The notes: generated by a model not told the origin, from the letters alone. A stretch of 64,000 nt of DNA from a virus (IMGVR_UViG_3300025288_000013:1-64000), one strand, 5' to 3'; counted from the first letter of the stretch, positions 28,264-38,556 are shown. Numbers and translations are program-made.

Positions 28264-31094
28264 AACAATGCTCCGTTTATATCGTTTAAATCATATTTTA
28301 GTTCATTAGCCCCATCGATAAGCTTAAGCATACTGTTTACAGGTGCTAATATCAATGTTTCAAATTGTTTTTTGTAATCTGCTTTTGGGTGTGTGTGTGG
28401 CAATCCTTCATTTATAGGAAAACCAAAAACCATTGTTTTTTTGGTACTACCCTTTACATAATAGACACCTATTCTGTCACCATTTGATATGAGTTTATAT
28501 TTTTCGCACCCAGTTTGTGTTTTTATCCAGTTATTATAATAACCAGCTGCTTTACTGTTCATTGGTGCGCCAGAAACAAATGTTAATGGGTTGTCTGATG
28601 ATATGTATTTGTAAACATCGTTGACCCTTTCAACAGCACATATGTCTTGTATATCACATTTATTGAACATTTCTTTTATTTGTTTTACTTCATCTATTAT
28701 GGGTTTCATCTTAAAATCAGATGTTTGTTCCATAATCTTTATTGTTATTTTTTTAAGACTTTCTCTAACAAATTTTGGCTTACTTCCTTGATTCATTTCA
28801 ACACCCTTTGGGTTAAGTTTTTCTAACAATTTGTAAAAAGAACCCTCTGACCAACTTGTGTTTTTTATATATTTTTTCTTTTTTATAAAAAGGATTGATG
28901 CATTTATTTGTTCCAATCCAAGCCCGAAACTTTCTTCACCATCTGGTTTTGTTCTGAACGCCCCCCATTTATCACAATACTTTTTCATGGATTGTATAGA
29001 GAATTCATTTAAAATGTGTTTATGTGTATCTAAACAAAATTCCCTCCTCCAGGAGTTTATCTCATTTGCCTTATCATTTAGCAGATTTGTTTTATCGGTT
29101 AAAGATAAACCAACTAATTTGTCTTCGTATTTTAAATCAGTATCCTTTTTGAATTTTATCCATTCTTCTGTGTTATTTATGACATTCTTCATGTGAACAA
29201 AAACAGAATCAGTATCAGCATAAACAATAACATCTTCGTCTAATTCTTTTGTCACGGTTATCCCCATTAATTTGTGTGATTCTTTGTCATTGTGCCACTT
29301 ATTTCTGAAGTAATCGTTGAACTCTGAAATTGTATATTTTAGTAAATCTCTACTTTGCGACGTGACACTACTTGCAACATCTATATTAAACAATGGAAAT
29401 CCAGACCAACCAAGAACACCATAAATAGAATTCATTATAATTTTCATGGCTGCAGCCTCATTACCATAAATCATAGACAGTTTTTCAAGCCTACTTATTT
29501 CTTCTGCCCTATTTATACTATAATTGTCGATATTTATGTGTTTTGGGTTATCAATTTTCGTCCCATTTTTGATAGCATTTAATTCGGCATCGATTTCCTT
29601 ATTCCATACCTTACGTTGAACCCTACCATTAAACAACGAGAATACCATTTTTCTTAAAGAAGAATCACCTTTATCTTTTAAATAAACTATTCCGTTTGGT
29701 GATATTATGTGTTTAGATTTATCTATTTTTATTTCCTTTTCGTCAGCATCAGATGCAAATGTTATGTAATCAGATGTTTTTCCAATCTTTGTGTCTATTC
29801 CATAATTAAAAGCCATCATACCAGATGGAAACATGGACGTAAAATCATATATCATAACATCATCGACCATACCTCTTTTAAGCGGTTCCAAAACATATCC
29901 GCCAGCGTATGTTGAATTTTCATTGTTGAATTTGTTTATGAATACTTGATTGTTTTCATAATACCAGTCACAAAACAACTTTTCGCACATCATACCAGCA
30001 AACAATGAATCATGTATGGGAACGCCAACAAAAGATGAAAGTGCCAAAGGCGTATCAAATGTGTTTGTTTTCCTGTCTATAAGTTGAACGAGAATGCTAT
30101 CAACGGCATTATAAAATAAAAATGTTTTATAATCATTTCTGTAAAGTTCGTCAAGAGTTGACGGGTGATGAACTTTATTGATACCAAGAACATTTTCAGC
30201 AACAGCATCAAGAGATAAAGCTGTTTTTAATGACCTATCAAATTTTCCATAAATTTCCATATAATCAAGAGTTGGTGAATGATATGGTACAGGAATGTTT
30301 ATCTTCTCTTGATTTTTTGCATATTTATCAGCAACACGTAAAACAAAATGGTTATTTGTTGGACTAGCCTTGTGCATAAACTTATAATTTCTTTTATATT
30401 GTTCAATATTATCAAGATCAAACCCATACATTGTTATACCACGATTTGACAAATATTGATCATCAAATTTCAAACTGTTCCAACCAAACAACATGTTTAT
30501 TTCATGTTTTCTTTTATTGTTCATAGCTGTCATAAGCCGCTCTTCTGATTCATACATTGTGTAATTAACAATATATGGTTCTTTCAACAAACTTTTGTCC
30601 TTTATCTTTTTGACGTGTTCATTTATCCTTAATTCTATGCCATTTATGTCACTCATTGATAATTGTTTCAATCCGAAGATTTCAACTAAATATCCCGTTA
30701 CAAAAACATTTGATAACACAGCATGTTTTGGGTTACCCGCATTTGGGAAAGAACCTATGGATTCAGTTTCTATATCGAAAAATGTTTTTTCTGGTTGATT
30801 CTGTTTATAAAACAACTCTTTTAGGTCTTTCGGTAAACCCTGAAGAAGTTCATATATTCTATATTTTGATAATTTTTTATATTTTTTAAGGGGTATTTTC
30901 CTTACAGAATTACCGTATGCGGATTTAAAATTTTTATCAGCATATGGGTTGTTTGGATTGCACTCTTCCCATTCGTACAACTCTTTTTTTGATATGTTTA
31001 ATTTTTTTAGCTGTTTTTTACCATTGTTGTCCCAATAAGAAATGAATATATGTGATGGCAGACCATCTACTAAAACTTGTTCTAAATGTATCAT
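28257..31094 (-). CDS. polB: Family B DNA polymerase (T4 gp43-like)
   Basis: Exonuclease motifs FDIET, GWNSLKFD and YNAVD; polymerase motifs YDFTSMFPS, KIIMNSIYG, YADTDS and KKKKY. Confidence 0.95.
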   Translation of the reverse strand: MIHLEQVLVDGLPSHIFISYWDNNGKKQLKKLNISKKELYEWEECNPNNPYADKNFKSAYGNSVRKIPLKKYKKLSKYRIYELLQGLPKDLKELFYKQNQPEKTFFDIETESIGSFPNAGNPKHAVLSNVFVTGYLVEIFGLKQLSMSDINGIELRINEHVKKIKDKSLLKEPYIVNYTMYESEERLMTAMNNKRKHEINMLFGWNSLKFDDQYLSNRGITMYGFDLDNIEQYKRNYKFMHKASPTNNHFVLRVADKYAKNQEKINIPVPYHSPTLDYMEIYGKFDRSLKTALSLDAVAENVLGINKVHHPSTLDELYRNDYKTFLFYNAVDSILVQLIDRKTNTFDTPLALSSFVGVPIHDSLFAGMMCEKLFCDWYYENNQVFINKFNNENSTYAGGYVLEPLKRGMVDDVMIYDFTSMFPSGMMAFNYGIDTKIGKTSDYITFASDADEKEIKIDKSKHIISPNGIVYLKDKGDSSLRKMVFSLFNGRVQRKVWNKEIDAELNAIKNGTKIDNPKHINIDNYSINRAEEISRLEKLSMIYGNEAAAMKIIMNSIYGVLGWSGFPLFNIDVASSVTSQSRDLLKYTISEFNDYFRNKWHNDKESHKLMGITVTKELDEDVIVYADTDSVFVHMKNVINNTEEWIKFKKDTDLKYEDKLVGLSLTDKTNLLNDKANEINSWRREFCLDTHKHILNEFSIQSMKKYCDKWGAFRTKPDGEESFGLGLEQINASILFIKKKKYIKNTSWSEGSFYKLLEKLNPKGVEMNQGSKPKFVRESLKKITIKIMEQTSDFKMKPIIDEVKQIKEMFNKCDIQDICAVERVNDVYKYISSDNPLTFVSGAPMNSKAAGYYNNWIKTQTGCEKYKLISNGDRIGVYYVKGSTKKTMVFGFPINEGLPHTHPKADYKKQFETLILAPVNSMLKLIDGANELKYDLNDINGALFW

Positions 31095-31117
31095 TTTTTT
31101 GTTAAAATTTACAATTA

Positions 31118-31146
31118 AAAAACTGTTGGAACAAAAAATTGTTACA
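31118..31146 (-). promoter_or_regulatory. TGTAACAA-N15-GTT promoter (DNA polymerase)
   Basis: Exact motif and spacing. Confidence 0.8.
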
Positions 31147-32833
31147 ATTCACTGTCATTAGCCTTTTTACTGTTTTTTATTGATTCATTCTCGTTCCATT
31201 CCTCTTGTGTCATAAAGTTAAACCTTTTAACAAACAAATATTCTAAATCAAACGCTGGTTCTCTATCAGCACCAGTAAATCTTGTCATTTGATCTATATT
31301 TGATAGAACCTTTGTGTTCTTTTCAGCCTCTTTTGCCTCTATATAATGACTAAATGATTCCCATCTATATTTTATTTTATTTTTTATACCTTTATCAAGT
31401 ATGGATTCTGGGTGTTTTATATAAACAAGTGCTAATGTTGGCTGTTTTATTAAATTTGAAAATTGGTGTAACACCCTATCCAAATAGTTATAAAAGTTTA
31501 TTTCGTCATAAGGAACCCCATCAGCCTTGTACAATGATAATTGACCAACATTACCACCCTTATTGTATCTACTTGATGGTATTTTTGAACTTCTTATGAA
31601 GTTCTCTCTAAAATAATCCACTATGTCCATATTTTTCAAATCCCAACCACTAAATTTGACGGTGTCAACTTCTGGTTTTCTGCCGTTTCTTTCAGCAACA
31701 ACTATATTATTCATATAATTAAATGATGATTCTCCATTGATTCTAACAATACCGTTGTTGTCAACTTCAAAATTGTCCATATATTTGTTTCTTATTTTTG
31801 ATATAGCCATTTTTGCTTTGTGCGACACTTTTGTCATTATTGGAACAACCATCTTCTGCCTATACATAGAATTTAATATGGTCCAAGCAACAATGGAGAT
31901 TTCTATTCTATTCATTATATTGAAATCTCTAATTATGCTGTCAGCATAACTAATCTTTCTATTGTAAACCATAGTCATTCTTGACTTTGGCAGATTGTTT
32001 CCATCTATGTAATTATAATCAACAACAATTATCTCGTCCTGATCATAATAATTTTGTTTATATTGCCATATCTTCCTTTTTGGGTTATCATCATATCTAC
32101 CCTCTTTTAAGTAAATTACGTTTAATTTTTTGATACTATCTATACCAACAACAACAACACTATCATATTCAGCTTTTTCGTTTTCTTTGTCATAGCCAGT
32201 CATTATAGTTTTATATTTTACACTTTCAAGAAGTTTAATTTTTTTTATTGAAGCGTTTTTGCTTTCAAACAATTTTTTTCTATTTGTCTTGTCTTTATTT
32301 AAATCTATATCTACTAATTTCAGATGTTCTTTCGTTTTCTCTATCTCTTTTTCTATCTCTGATTTCTTTCTGTATTGAAATTTTATTCTATAGGCAAGTT
32401 TACCATAACATGACCATTCAAAAAATCTTGACCATGCCTCTATATGATTGTCGAACCCAAGAAGAGATAATACCTTTTTGTCACTTTCTATTATTGTTTT
32501 TTCTATTGATTCGCTAACCCCAGACACGCCCAATTCATAGAATCTTCCACTTGTGTCAGGAACAATGGCATTATCACACAATTTTTCTATTGTATCTTTT
32601 AATTCGTTGTTCAAATCCACTTGTTTTCTTATATAATCATACTTTTCATCAACATTCATATCATGTGTATCATCATTCATGACATCTTGTGTATCATCAT
32701 ACAATTCGTCATCATCAAGTTCTCTATCCATGCTGCTGCCAGACATTTTTGATACGGCACGTGAGTTATTGTTCAGCCTGCTCTTTGAAATCAATTTTGT
32801 TGTGGAAATTCTGTTGTAATAATTATAGATCAT
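31142..32833 (-). CDS. Portal protein (T4 gp20-like)
   Basis: IEKLCDNAIV, FFEWSCYGK, IEISIVAWTI, DIVDYF, KIPSSR and DEINF. Confidence 0.8.
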   Translation of the reverse strand: MIYNYYNRISTTKLISKSRLNNNSRAVSKMSGSSMDRELDDDELYDDTQDVMNDDTHDMNVDEKYDYIRKQVDLNNELKDTIEKLCDNAIVPDTSGRFYELGVSGVSESIEKTIIESDKKVLSLLGFDNHIEAWSRFFEWSCYGKLAYRIKFQYRKKSEIEKEIEKTKEHLKLVDIDLNKDKTNRKKLFESKNASIKKIKLLESVKYKTIMTGYDKENEKAEYDSVVVVGIDSIKKLNVIYLKEGRYDDNPKRKIWQYKQNYYDQDEIIVVDYNYIDGNNLPKSRMTMVYNRKISYADSIIRDFNIMNRIEISIVAWTILNSMYRQKMVVPIMTKVSHKAKMAISKIRNKYMDNFEVDNNGIVRINGESSFNYMNNIVVAERNGRKPEVDTVKFSGWDLKNMDIVDYFRENFIRSSKIPSSRYNKGGNVGQLSLYKADGVPYDEINFYNYLDRVLHQFSNLIKQPTLALVYIKHPESILDKGIKNKIKYRWESFSHYIEAKEAEKNTKVLSNIDQMTRFTGADREPAFDLEYLFVKRFNFMTQEEWNENESIKNSKKANDSEL

Positions 32834-32897
32834 AATGTTTGTGTGTATGTTGATACATAAATAATAAAATATATTTATTAGTTTTTGTTACAACAAG

Positions 32898-33638
32898 ATG
32901 GAAGTACTAAAAGGCACAATTGTTAAAATAAGCGATGACACGTTTTCTGGTATCATAAAATGTAGGATCAATGGGTTGTACAACAGTGAATCAATAGGAA
33001 ACATAAGCGACAATGATTTGCCAAACATATACCCAATGTACTCACCCAACCAAAATTCTTTTTATACGCCAAAATTGGGTGATGAGGTATATGTTGTTAT
33101 GGATAGGGATAACAAGTATTCTGGGTTGTGGTTCGCTAAATCAAAATTAACAGAATATCTTAAAAACAAATTGAGCAGTGATTATGAGGGATTTAAATCA
33201 ATAGTTGTGGACGAAGAAGAAAAATTAGAAATATATTATTCGAGGGGGGATGGCGTTATTATAAAATTGGATAAAACATTTATAAACATAAAAAACAACG
33301 AAATTGTTTCCACAAACGAAAATAGGACTCTTCATATAAAAGACGACATGATATCTCTTGGTACATTAGACATATCCGCAGAACCATGTACTCTTGGCAA
33401 TAAAAATGTGGATGCTTTAAATGAAATTTCTGATGAAGTAATAAGTTTTGCTGATGAAGTAATAAAGTATTGTTTAGCACAAAAATCTGTAACATCGTCA
33501 ATAGCGTATTTAGCTCCATTAAATGCTGGGTATTTGCCATTAGAACTTGGAGCAACTCTAATAAAAAATATAATAGAGAACAAAATAAAATCAGTAACGA
33601 TACCAAAAACTTTAAGTGAATTAACGTCTTTGGATTAA
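32898..33638 (+). CDS. Baseplate spike/hub protein (gp5/gpV N-terminal OB fold)
   Basis: DDTFSGIIKCRI and TPKLGDEVYV. Confidence 0.65.
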   Translation: MEVLKGTIVKISDDTFSGIIKCRINGLYNSESIGNISDNDLPNIYPMYSPNQNSFYTPKLGDEVYVVMDRDNKYSGLWFAKSKLTEYLKNKLSSDYEGFKSIVVDEEEKLEIYYSRGDGVIIKLDKTFINIKNNEIVSTNENRTLHIKDDMISLGTLDISAEPCTLGNKNVDALNEISDEVISFADEVIKYCLAQKSVTSSIAYLAPLNAGYLPLELGATLIKNIIENKIKSVTIPKTLSELTSLD

Positions 33639-34024
33639 GGAGTATCTTTTTTTATATACTTCATAATTTCTTCAGACAATTTTATTGACGGTCTATCGTC
33701 ACCACTATTTTGTGAAGCAAACCCCCCAGCTGCATTTTTAAATATACCATTGTTTCTTATGGGGTTGTTTTCATCATTATATGGTTTGTTACTATTTTCA
33801 CGTATGGCAAAAGCCGCTCTAATGTATTCATCTATAATGGTTGACATAGAATCATGTATAAGTTCAGAAAATTTTGTGCCAAATCTGACAGACATTCTTG
33901 TTATATGGTGTTCTGGCTTACCAATTGTATATGGCGTTTTCATGGCAAATTCAAACGCTTCCCTTGAACTTTTGTCCACAACAGATTTTATATTAATTGA
34001 TAGTTTGTTTTTGTCTAATCCCAT
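33635..34024 (-). CDS. Hypothetical protein
   Basis: Last ORF of a minus-strand operon. Confidence 0.5.
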   Translation of the reverse strand: MGLDKNKLSINIKSVVDKSSREAFEFAMKTPYTIGKPEHHITRMSVRFGTKFSELIHDSMSTIIDEYIRAAFAIRENSNKPYNDENNPIRNNGIFKNAAGGFASQNSGDDRPSIKLSEEIMKYIKKDTP

Positions 34025-34351
34025 TTATTTTATTTTATATATAACATCTGATATAACATAATATGTTTTGTCTATCTTTATATGAGTAGGTATTATCAAT
34101 TCATTGTATATGACAACCACAACATTTTTTTGTTTTTCATCAGAATATTCATGTATTATCATTTTCTTTTGTTTGTTTTCTTTTGTAAATGAAGAAAAAA
34201 TAAAAAAAGATTGTTCTCCAAACAAATTTAATGTATCATTTGATACCACTATGCTGCCACCATCTGTCACATAGGTAACGTCATCTGTTTGTTGGGAAAA
34301 TAGCTGTGAGGAAATTATGAGTGTTGAAATTAATGTTATTATTTTTTTCAT
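34025..34351 (-). CDS. Secreted hypothetical protein
   Basis: Signal peptide MKKIITLISTLIISSQLFSQ; cleavage before Q is a Bacteroidetes-like trait. Confidence 0.55.
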   Translation of the reverse strand: MKKIITLISTLIISSQLFSQQTDDVTYVTDGGSIVVSNDTLNLFGEQSFFIFSSFTKENKQKKMIIHEYSDEKQKNVVVVIYNELIIPTHIKIDKTYYVISDVIYKIK

Positions 34352-34812
34352 AAAAATTCTGGGGGTTTATAATTTATGCTTTTTAATATTTTATGATCTG
34401 ACACCCTATATATAACATAGATATTGTGCTTTTCATTAAACCTATAATAAGTTTTTATACCATCTAAACCATATTTATTAACTGATTCAATGGCTTCATC
34501 TATGGTTTTACAAAATTTTGACATATTGCTTTTGTGGACTTTTTCCAGATCTCCAAAAACCATATCAGCTATACCTCTTTCGTGTGCGAAACCAATGATA
34601 ACATATATTAAATCAGCTATGGCATCTCTTTGTTCAATATGATTGTTATTTATTGTCGCCATTGATAATTCGAAAAATTCTTCTTCTATCAAGTCAAGTC
34701 TAAGATTTGTTCTTTCTTCTGACATGTCTGTCAATTTATTGGAAATTGGTTGTTCACCACATTCCATGAATTCTCTTACCATACTAATTAGTTTGTTCAT
34801 TTTATTATTCAA
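34348..34812 (-). CDS. MazG-like all-alpha NTP pyrophosphatase
   Basis: LIEEEFFEL, DAIADLIYV, VHKSNMSK and KILKS. Confidence 0.85.
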   Translation of the reverse strand: MNNKMNKLISMVREFMECGEQPISNKLTDMSEERTNLRLDLIEEEFFELSMATINNNHIEQRDAIADLIYVIIGFAHERGIADMVFGDLEKVHKSNMSKFCKTIDEAIESVNKYGLDGIKTYYRFNEKHNIYVIYRVSDHKILKSINYKPPEFL

Positions 34813-35161
34813 TTATGTTTATGTGGAGTTCATTTTTTATAAATTTGAACCCTATTTCTAAAAATTCTGTTGATATATTAAATCTCCTTTTTGTTTCAGA
34901 TAAACCCAAGAGAGATATATGGTTTAATAACAATGGATATGTAGTCATGTTTGTCCTTTTATACCCATTTTTTGTTTTACACGCAATAATTATAGATTCT
35001 ATCAGATTACTGTTTTCACACAAGTTCGATTTGAAAAATTTTTTGTCCCATTGTGGCAACAATGATGGTGTGTGACATTCGCCCACAACATCTTTTAATT
35101 CCAGTGCCATTATTGGGTGCTCTTTTTTTACCACATTATAATCATATAATTTCATAATCAA
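34805..35161 (-). CDS. Hypothetical protein
   Basis: Operon member with overlapping gene boundaries. Confidence 0.5.
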   Translation of the reverse strand: MIMKLYDYNVVKKEHPIMALELKDVVGECHTPSLLPQWDKKFFKSNLCENSNLIESIIIACKTKNGYKRTNMTTYPLLLNHISLLGLSETKRRFNISTEFLEIGFKFIKNELHINIIE

Positions 35162-35628
35162 AATTTTAGTTTTATGTTACGCAATATTATCGCATAATCG
35201 CTATTTTCTGGACAATAACCCCTTTTCAACAAATAATCCAAATAATCTTCGCCATTTTTTATGGGTCTATAATTTTGCCATAATTTATAATCATCTATAC
35301 TTTCTTTCCAAGAGTTATATATAGAGTGATTATCGTTAGTCTTTCCTATTGAAGTTGTTTCTCTTAATTTTGGTACTTTCATGCCAAACAAATTGTTATA
35401 TTTTAAACATTTCTTGCTTTTTAAGTGACCTGTTTCCAACATGATTTGTTTCCAAATTATATCTGGGTTATCAAAATTTTGTTTGCAATATTCATAAACA
35501 TTTTTCTTTGTTAATTCGTTATCGATTTTATTTTCGACAACCACAAACGATTCTGTTTTAGCATCAATTGATCCAACGCTGTTCAATAAAAAGGTGGTGA
35601 TTAGTAATAGAATTACCATTTTTTTCAT
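35158..35628 (-). CDS. Secreted glucosaminidase/lysozyme-like cell-wall hydrolase (GH73-like)
   Basis: Signal peptide; QIMLETG, NNLFGMK, SWKESIDDY and GY. Confidence 0.75.
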   Translation of the reverse strand: MKKMVILLLITTFLLNSVGSIDAKTESFVVVENKIDNELTKKNVYEYCKQNFDNPDIIWKQIMLETGHLKSKKCLKYNNLFGMKVPKLRETTSIGKTNDNHSIYNSWKESIDDYKLWQNYRPIKNGEDYLDYLLKRGYCPENSDYAIILRNIKLKF

Positions 35629-35653
35629 AACTTGGAGCTTTTATTAAAAAATA

Positions 35654-35682
35654 ATAAACCCACTTATGTTCATCTTGTTACA
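35654..35682 (-). promoter_or_regulatory. TGTAACAA-N15-GTT promoter (hydrolase/MazG operon)
   Basis: Exact motif and spacing. Confidence 0.75.
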
Positions 35683-35697
35683 TTACAAATATATGTT

Positions 35698-35745
35698 TTT
35701 TTTATTATATGTCGCCTATTTTATAGGGTTGCATTTGTGACAGTT
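35698..35745. repeat. 48-bp direct repeat, copy 1
   Basis: TTTTTTATTATATGTCGCCTATTTTATAGGGTTGCATTTGTGACAGTT, identical to 38481-38528. Confidence 0.9.
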
Positions 35746-38443
35746 AAACTATGTCGTTGCTGTTCTTGACTTTTATTGTTTTATTTAACCTTTGGTTTAT
35801 TTTTTCCAAAGACGAACCATTGTCGGAAACAGACGAATTTATATTCGTCAAAAGAGTTGACAAATTTTCTATGGCTGACAGAAGTTTAGTGCTGCCATTG
35901 GCGTCACCATTGTCTGAAACCAACGGTTGATCTGACGGTTGATCTGACGGTGCTTTGTCCACTTCTGGTATGTTTATACCATTAACAGAGCCAATCACTT
36001 CGTGTGTTACTTCGTTTATGTTTTTGTTTTGTAATTCTAATGATTTGACCCCACCAAGATTTTCCATAGCCGATGTTAGTAAATCAAATTTTTCTATGGT
36101 ATCTTTATCAAGTGTATTCAAAACAGATATGGTTTCACCAAGATTTTTGTTGAACAGCGGTAAACTTTTTGAAAACTTTGATAATGGATCAGCCATCATT
36201 TTCAATTTTACTATTGATTCGATCTCGATCAATTTCAAGCCATTCTGTAGACCAGCAAACATATAACTTATTGATAAGCCCAAATCCTTTGCATCGCTGC
36301 CTGTTTCAGATGAAGATGATAATGATGATATCAAATCAGATACAGTTTTTAGTGGGGCTGATAAATCATTAACCAAACCTATGCCCTTTTCTATGTCACC
36401 ACCACCCCAATCAAAGAATCCATCTGTTTCAGAATCAGCCCTACCAACAGATGCAAACAATGATGGTATAACATCTAAAATTGATGCTATGTTTGTTCTA
36501 ACTGTGCCTATATCAAAATCAATAACTTGCCAGGCTTTTATGCCATCTGCCAAGTCTATCAAATTTTTTCCTAAACCCATTGTAGAACTTATACCCTTTT
36601 CTACATCGCCTTGACCCCAACCAAAAAAACTTTCACCTGCTTCATCTTCTCTGCCAACAGATGCAAACAATGATGGTATAACATCTAAAATAGATTTAAC
36701 ATTTGTTCTAACCAAATTTATATCAAAATCGATGGTTTCCCACGCCTTTATGCCGTCTGCTAATTTTATCAGGTTTTCACCCATATCCATTGTAGAACTT
36801 ATACCCTTTTCTACATCGCCTTGACCCCAACCAAAAAATCCTTCGCCAGCTTCATCGCTTTTGCCAATTTCTGAAAATATGAATGGCAACGTGTTTAACA
36901 CCGTTGATACGTTGTCTTTAACTAATTCGATATCAAATGTTAAACTCTCCCATGCCTTTATGCCGTCTGCTAATTTGTGCAAATTCTCGCCCAAATCCAT
37001 AGTCGCATCTATACCATCTTCAACATCATCCCAATCAATCCCATCCTGTGAAAAAGCTTCAGCAAACGAACTTATCGAATAATTAAATTCGTCTGCATTT
37101 TCTCTTGACCACCCACCAGCATCTTTGTATGTTTCCATACCATAACCAAGAGTGGATAAAGCTAAAGCCATTGATAATATGGCTGGTATTTTAAATGGTA
37201 TTGTTAGTGTATCCTTTAGACTTATCTGATTAAATCCACCCGTTATACCAGATATTATGTTAGAAAATTTGTCCCCCTCAAAATCGCCAACCTCATTTAA
37301 TTTTTTTAATCCAAATGATAGTGGTATCAAAGAAGCACCAACCGCAGCGAACGCCAAAGCACCCAATACCATAAACCCAGCCACCACCGGTATACCAGCT
37401 AATGCATATACACCACCAAGTGCAGTTAACATAATTGGTAGTTTCCACAGCATATCACTATTGTCTTTCATAACGTCTGAAATTGTTTGTAGTGGTGACG
37501 ATATTATCCACAAAGATATACCAATTGCAGCAAATGCCAGTGACCCAAGCAATATGTTTTTTGCAAATTCTCCTGCTATACCAAAAATAATGGCTGTGCC
37601 ACCAAGTGCCAACGCTAATAATCCCAAGTTAGCCAATCCAACGTCTGCCACATTGTTGGACGATATACCTAACATATAGCTAAAAGCCAATAATGATAAT
37701 CCCATACCAAACACTGAAAGCGATCCTTTATTTATGTTATCATTGTGTTCCCCAATCAATGAAAAAACTATGGCTGACAACGCCATAAAACCAAATGCAG
37801 CCATAAGTCCGATTATACCACTACCAGACAAAGTTGTACCAAGTATTAGTGCAGATAGCCCCAAAGAGCCACTAAATGCCAGTAAACCTATACCAACACT
37901 TTTTAGTGCATCACCACCCCTATCCATACTATCCAATGTTTCTGGCGTTAGAAAAGAAAAAGCTTTTGATAATGACCACATTATTGGTATTAATAAAAAT
38001 GAACCAATAGCAGAAATGGATAATAGGGGTGTTGCGATACCTATTAGTGCAGCAGTACCCAATATACCTTTCGTTGCTGTTGATAAATCATTTAGCGATT
38101 GTATCTTGTCTTTGTCCAAATCAACCTTGTTTATAGCGTTGCTTATTGATGATATTGTAGAAGTTAATGATTCTGAATTTACAGAGAGTGATTTTGAATC
38201 TATGTCGCTTATTGATTTAACTAAATCTATTATTGATTTACTTTTTTCCTTGTCTAAACCATTTATAGATTCTATCATAGATTCTACTGAACCCGATGAA
38301 AGCGGTGAACCAACTTGACTTGGTTGGCTGCCCTGTGGTTGTTCGTTTGGTTTAGAAGACACGAATTGTTCAAGAATATTATTTAACGCATCATTTGTTT
38401 TTGATGTTTCTTCAACAATTCTTTCTAATAAGTCTATATACAT
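35744..38443 (-). CDS. Tape-measure-like protein
   Basis: Helical N-terminus, long Gly/Ala hydrophobic region and 70-aa W/F-containing repeats. Confidence 0.7.
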   Translation of the reverse strand: MYIDLLERIVEETSKTNDALNNILEQFVSSKPNEQPQGSQPSQVGSPLSSGSVESMIESINGLDKEKSKSIIDLVKSISDIDSKSLSVNSESLTSTISSISNAINKVDLDKDKIQSLNDLSTATKGILGTAALIGIATPLLSISAIGSFLLIPIMWSLSKAFSFLTPETLDSMDRGGDALKSVGIGLLAFSGSLGLSALILGTTLSGSGIIGLMAAFGFMALSAIVFSLIGEHNDNINKGSLSVFGMGLSLLAFSYMLGISSNNVADVGLANLGLLALALGGTAIIFGIAGEFAKNILLGSLAFAAIGISLWIISSPLQTISDVMKDNSDMLWKLPIMLTALGGVYALAGIPVVAGFMVLGALAFAAVGASLIPLSFGLKKLNEVGDFEGDKFSNIISGITGGFNQISLKDTLTIPFKIPAILSMALALSTLGYGMETYKDAGGWSRENADEFNYSISSFAEAFSQDGIDWDDVEDGIDATMDLGENLHKLADGIKAWESLTFDIELVKDNVSTVLNTLPFIFSEIGKSDEAGEGFFGWGQGDVEKGISSTMDMGENLIKLADGIKAWETIDFDINLVRTNVKSILDVIPSLFASVGREDEAGESFFGWGQGDVEKGISSTMGLGKNLIDLADGIKAWQVIDFDIGTVRTNIASILDVIPSLFASVGRADSETDGFFDWGGGDIEKGIGLVNDLSAPLKTVSDLISSLSSSSETGSDAKDLGLSISYMFAGLQNGLKLIEIESIVKLKMMADPLSKFSKSLPLFNKNLGETISVLNTLDKDTIEKFDLLTSAMENLGGVKSLELQNKNINEVTHEVIGSVNGINIPEVDKAPSDQPSDQPLVSDNGDANGSTKLLSAIENLSTLLTNINSSVSDNGSSLEKINQRLNKTIKVKNSNDIV
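36370..37040 (-). repeat. 210-bp (70-aa) intragenic tandem repeats, about three copies
   Basis: Related ATACCCTTTT-type blocks at 36381, 36591, 36801 and (degenerate) 37011. Confidence 0.85.
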
Positions 38444-38480
38444 TCTTATCTTTTGATTATATATTCATATGTGCTTTATG

Positions 38481-38528
38481 TTTTTTATTATATGTCGCCT
38501 ATTTTATAGGGTTGCATTTGTGACAGTT
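38481..38528. repeat. 48-bp direct repeat, copy 2
   Basis: Identical to 35698-35745. Confidence 0.9.
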
Positions 38529-38556
38529 CAACTACAAAAACCATAAACAAACATGG

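Noticed and set aside
32860-32892. TGTAACAA upstream of the portal (- strand)
   Set aside because: No GTT at the 15-nt spacing; an AATAAATA late box is present instead.
35698-38528. CRISPR mini-array
   Set aside because: Only two copies, 2.8 kb apart; no spacer-length periodicity seen in the window.
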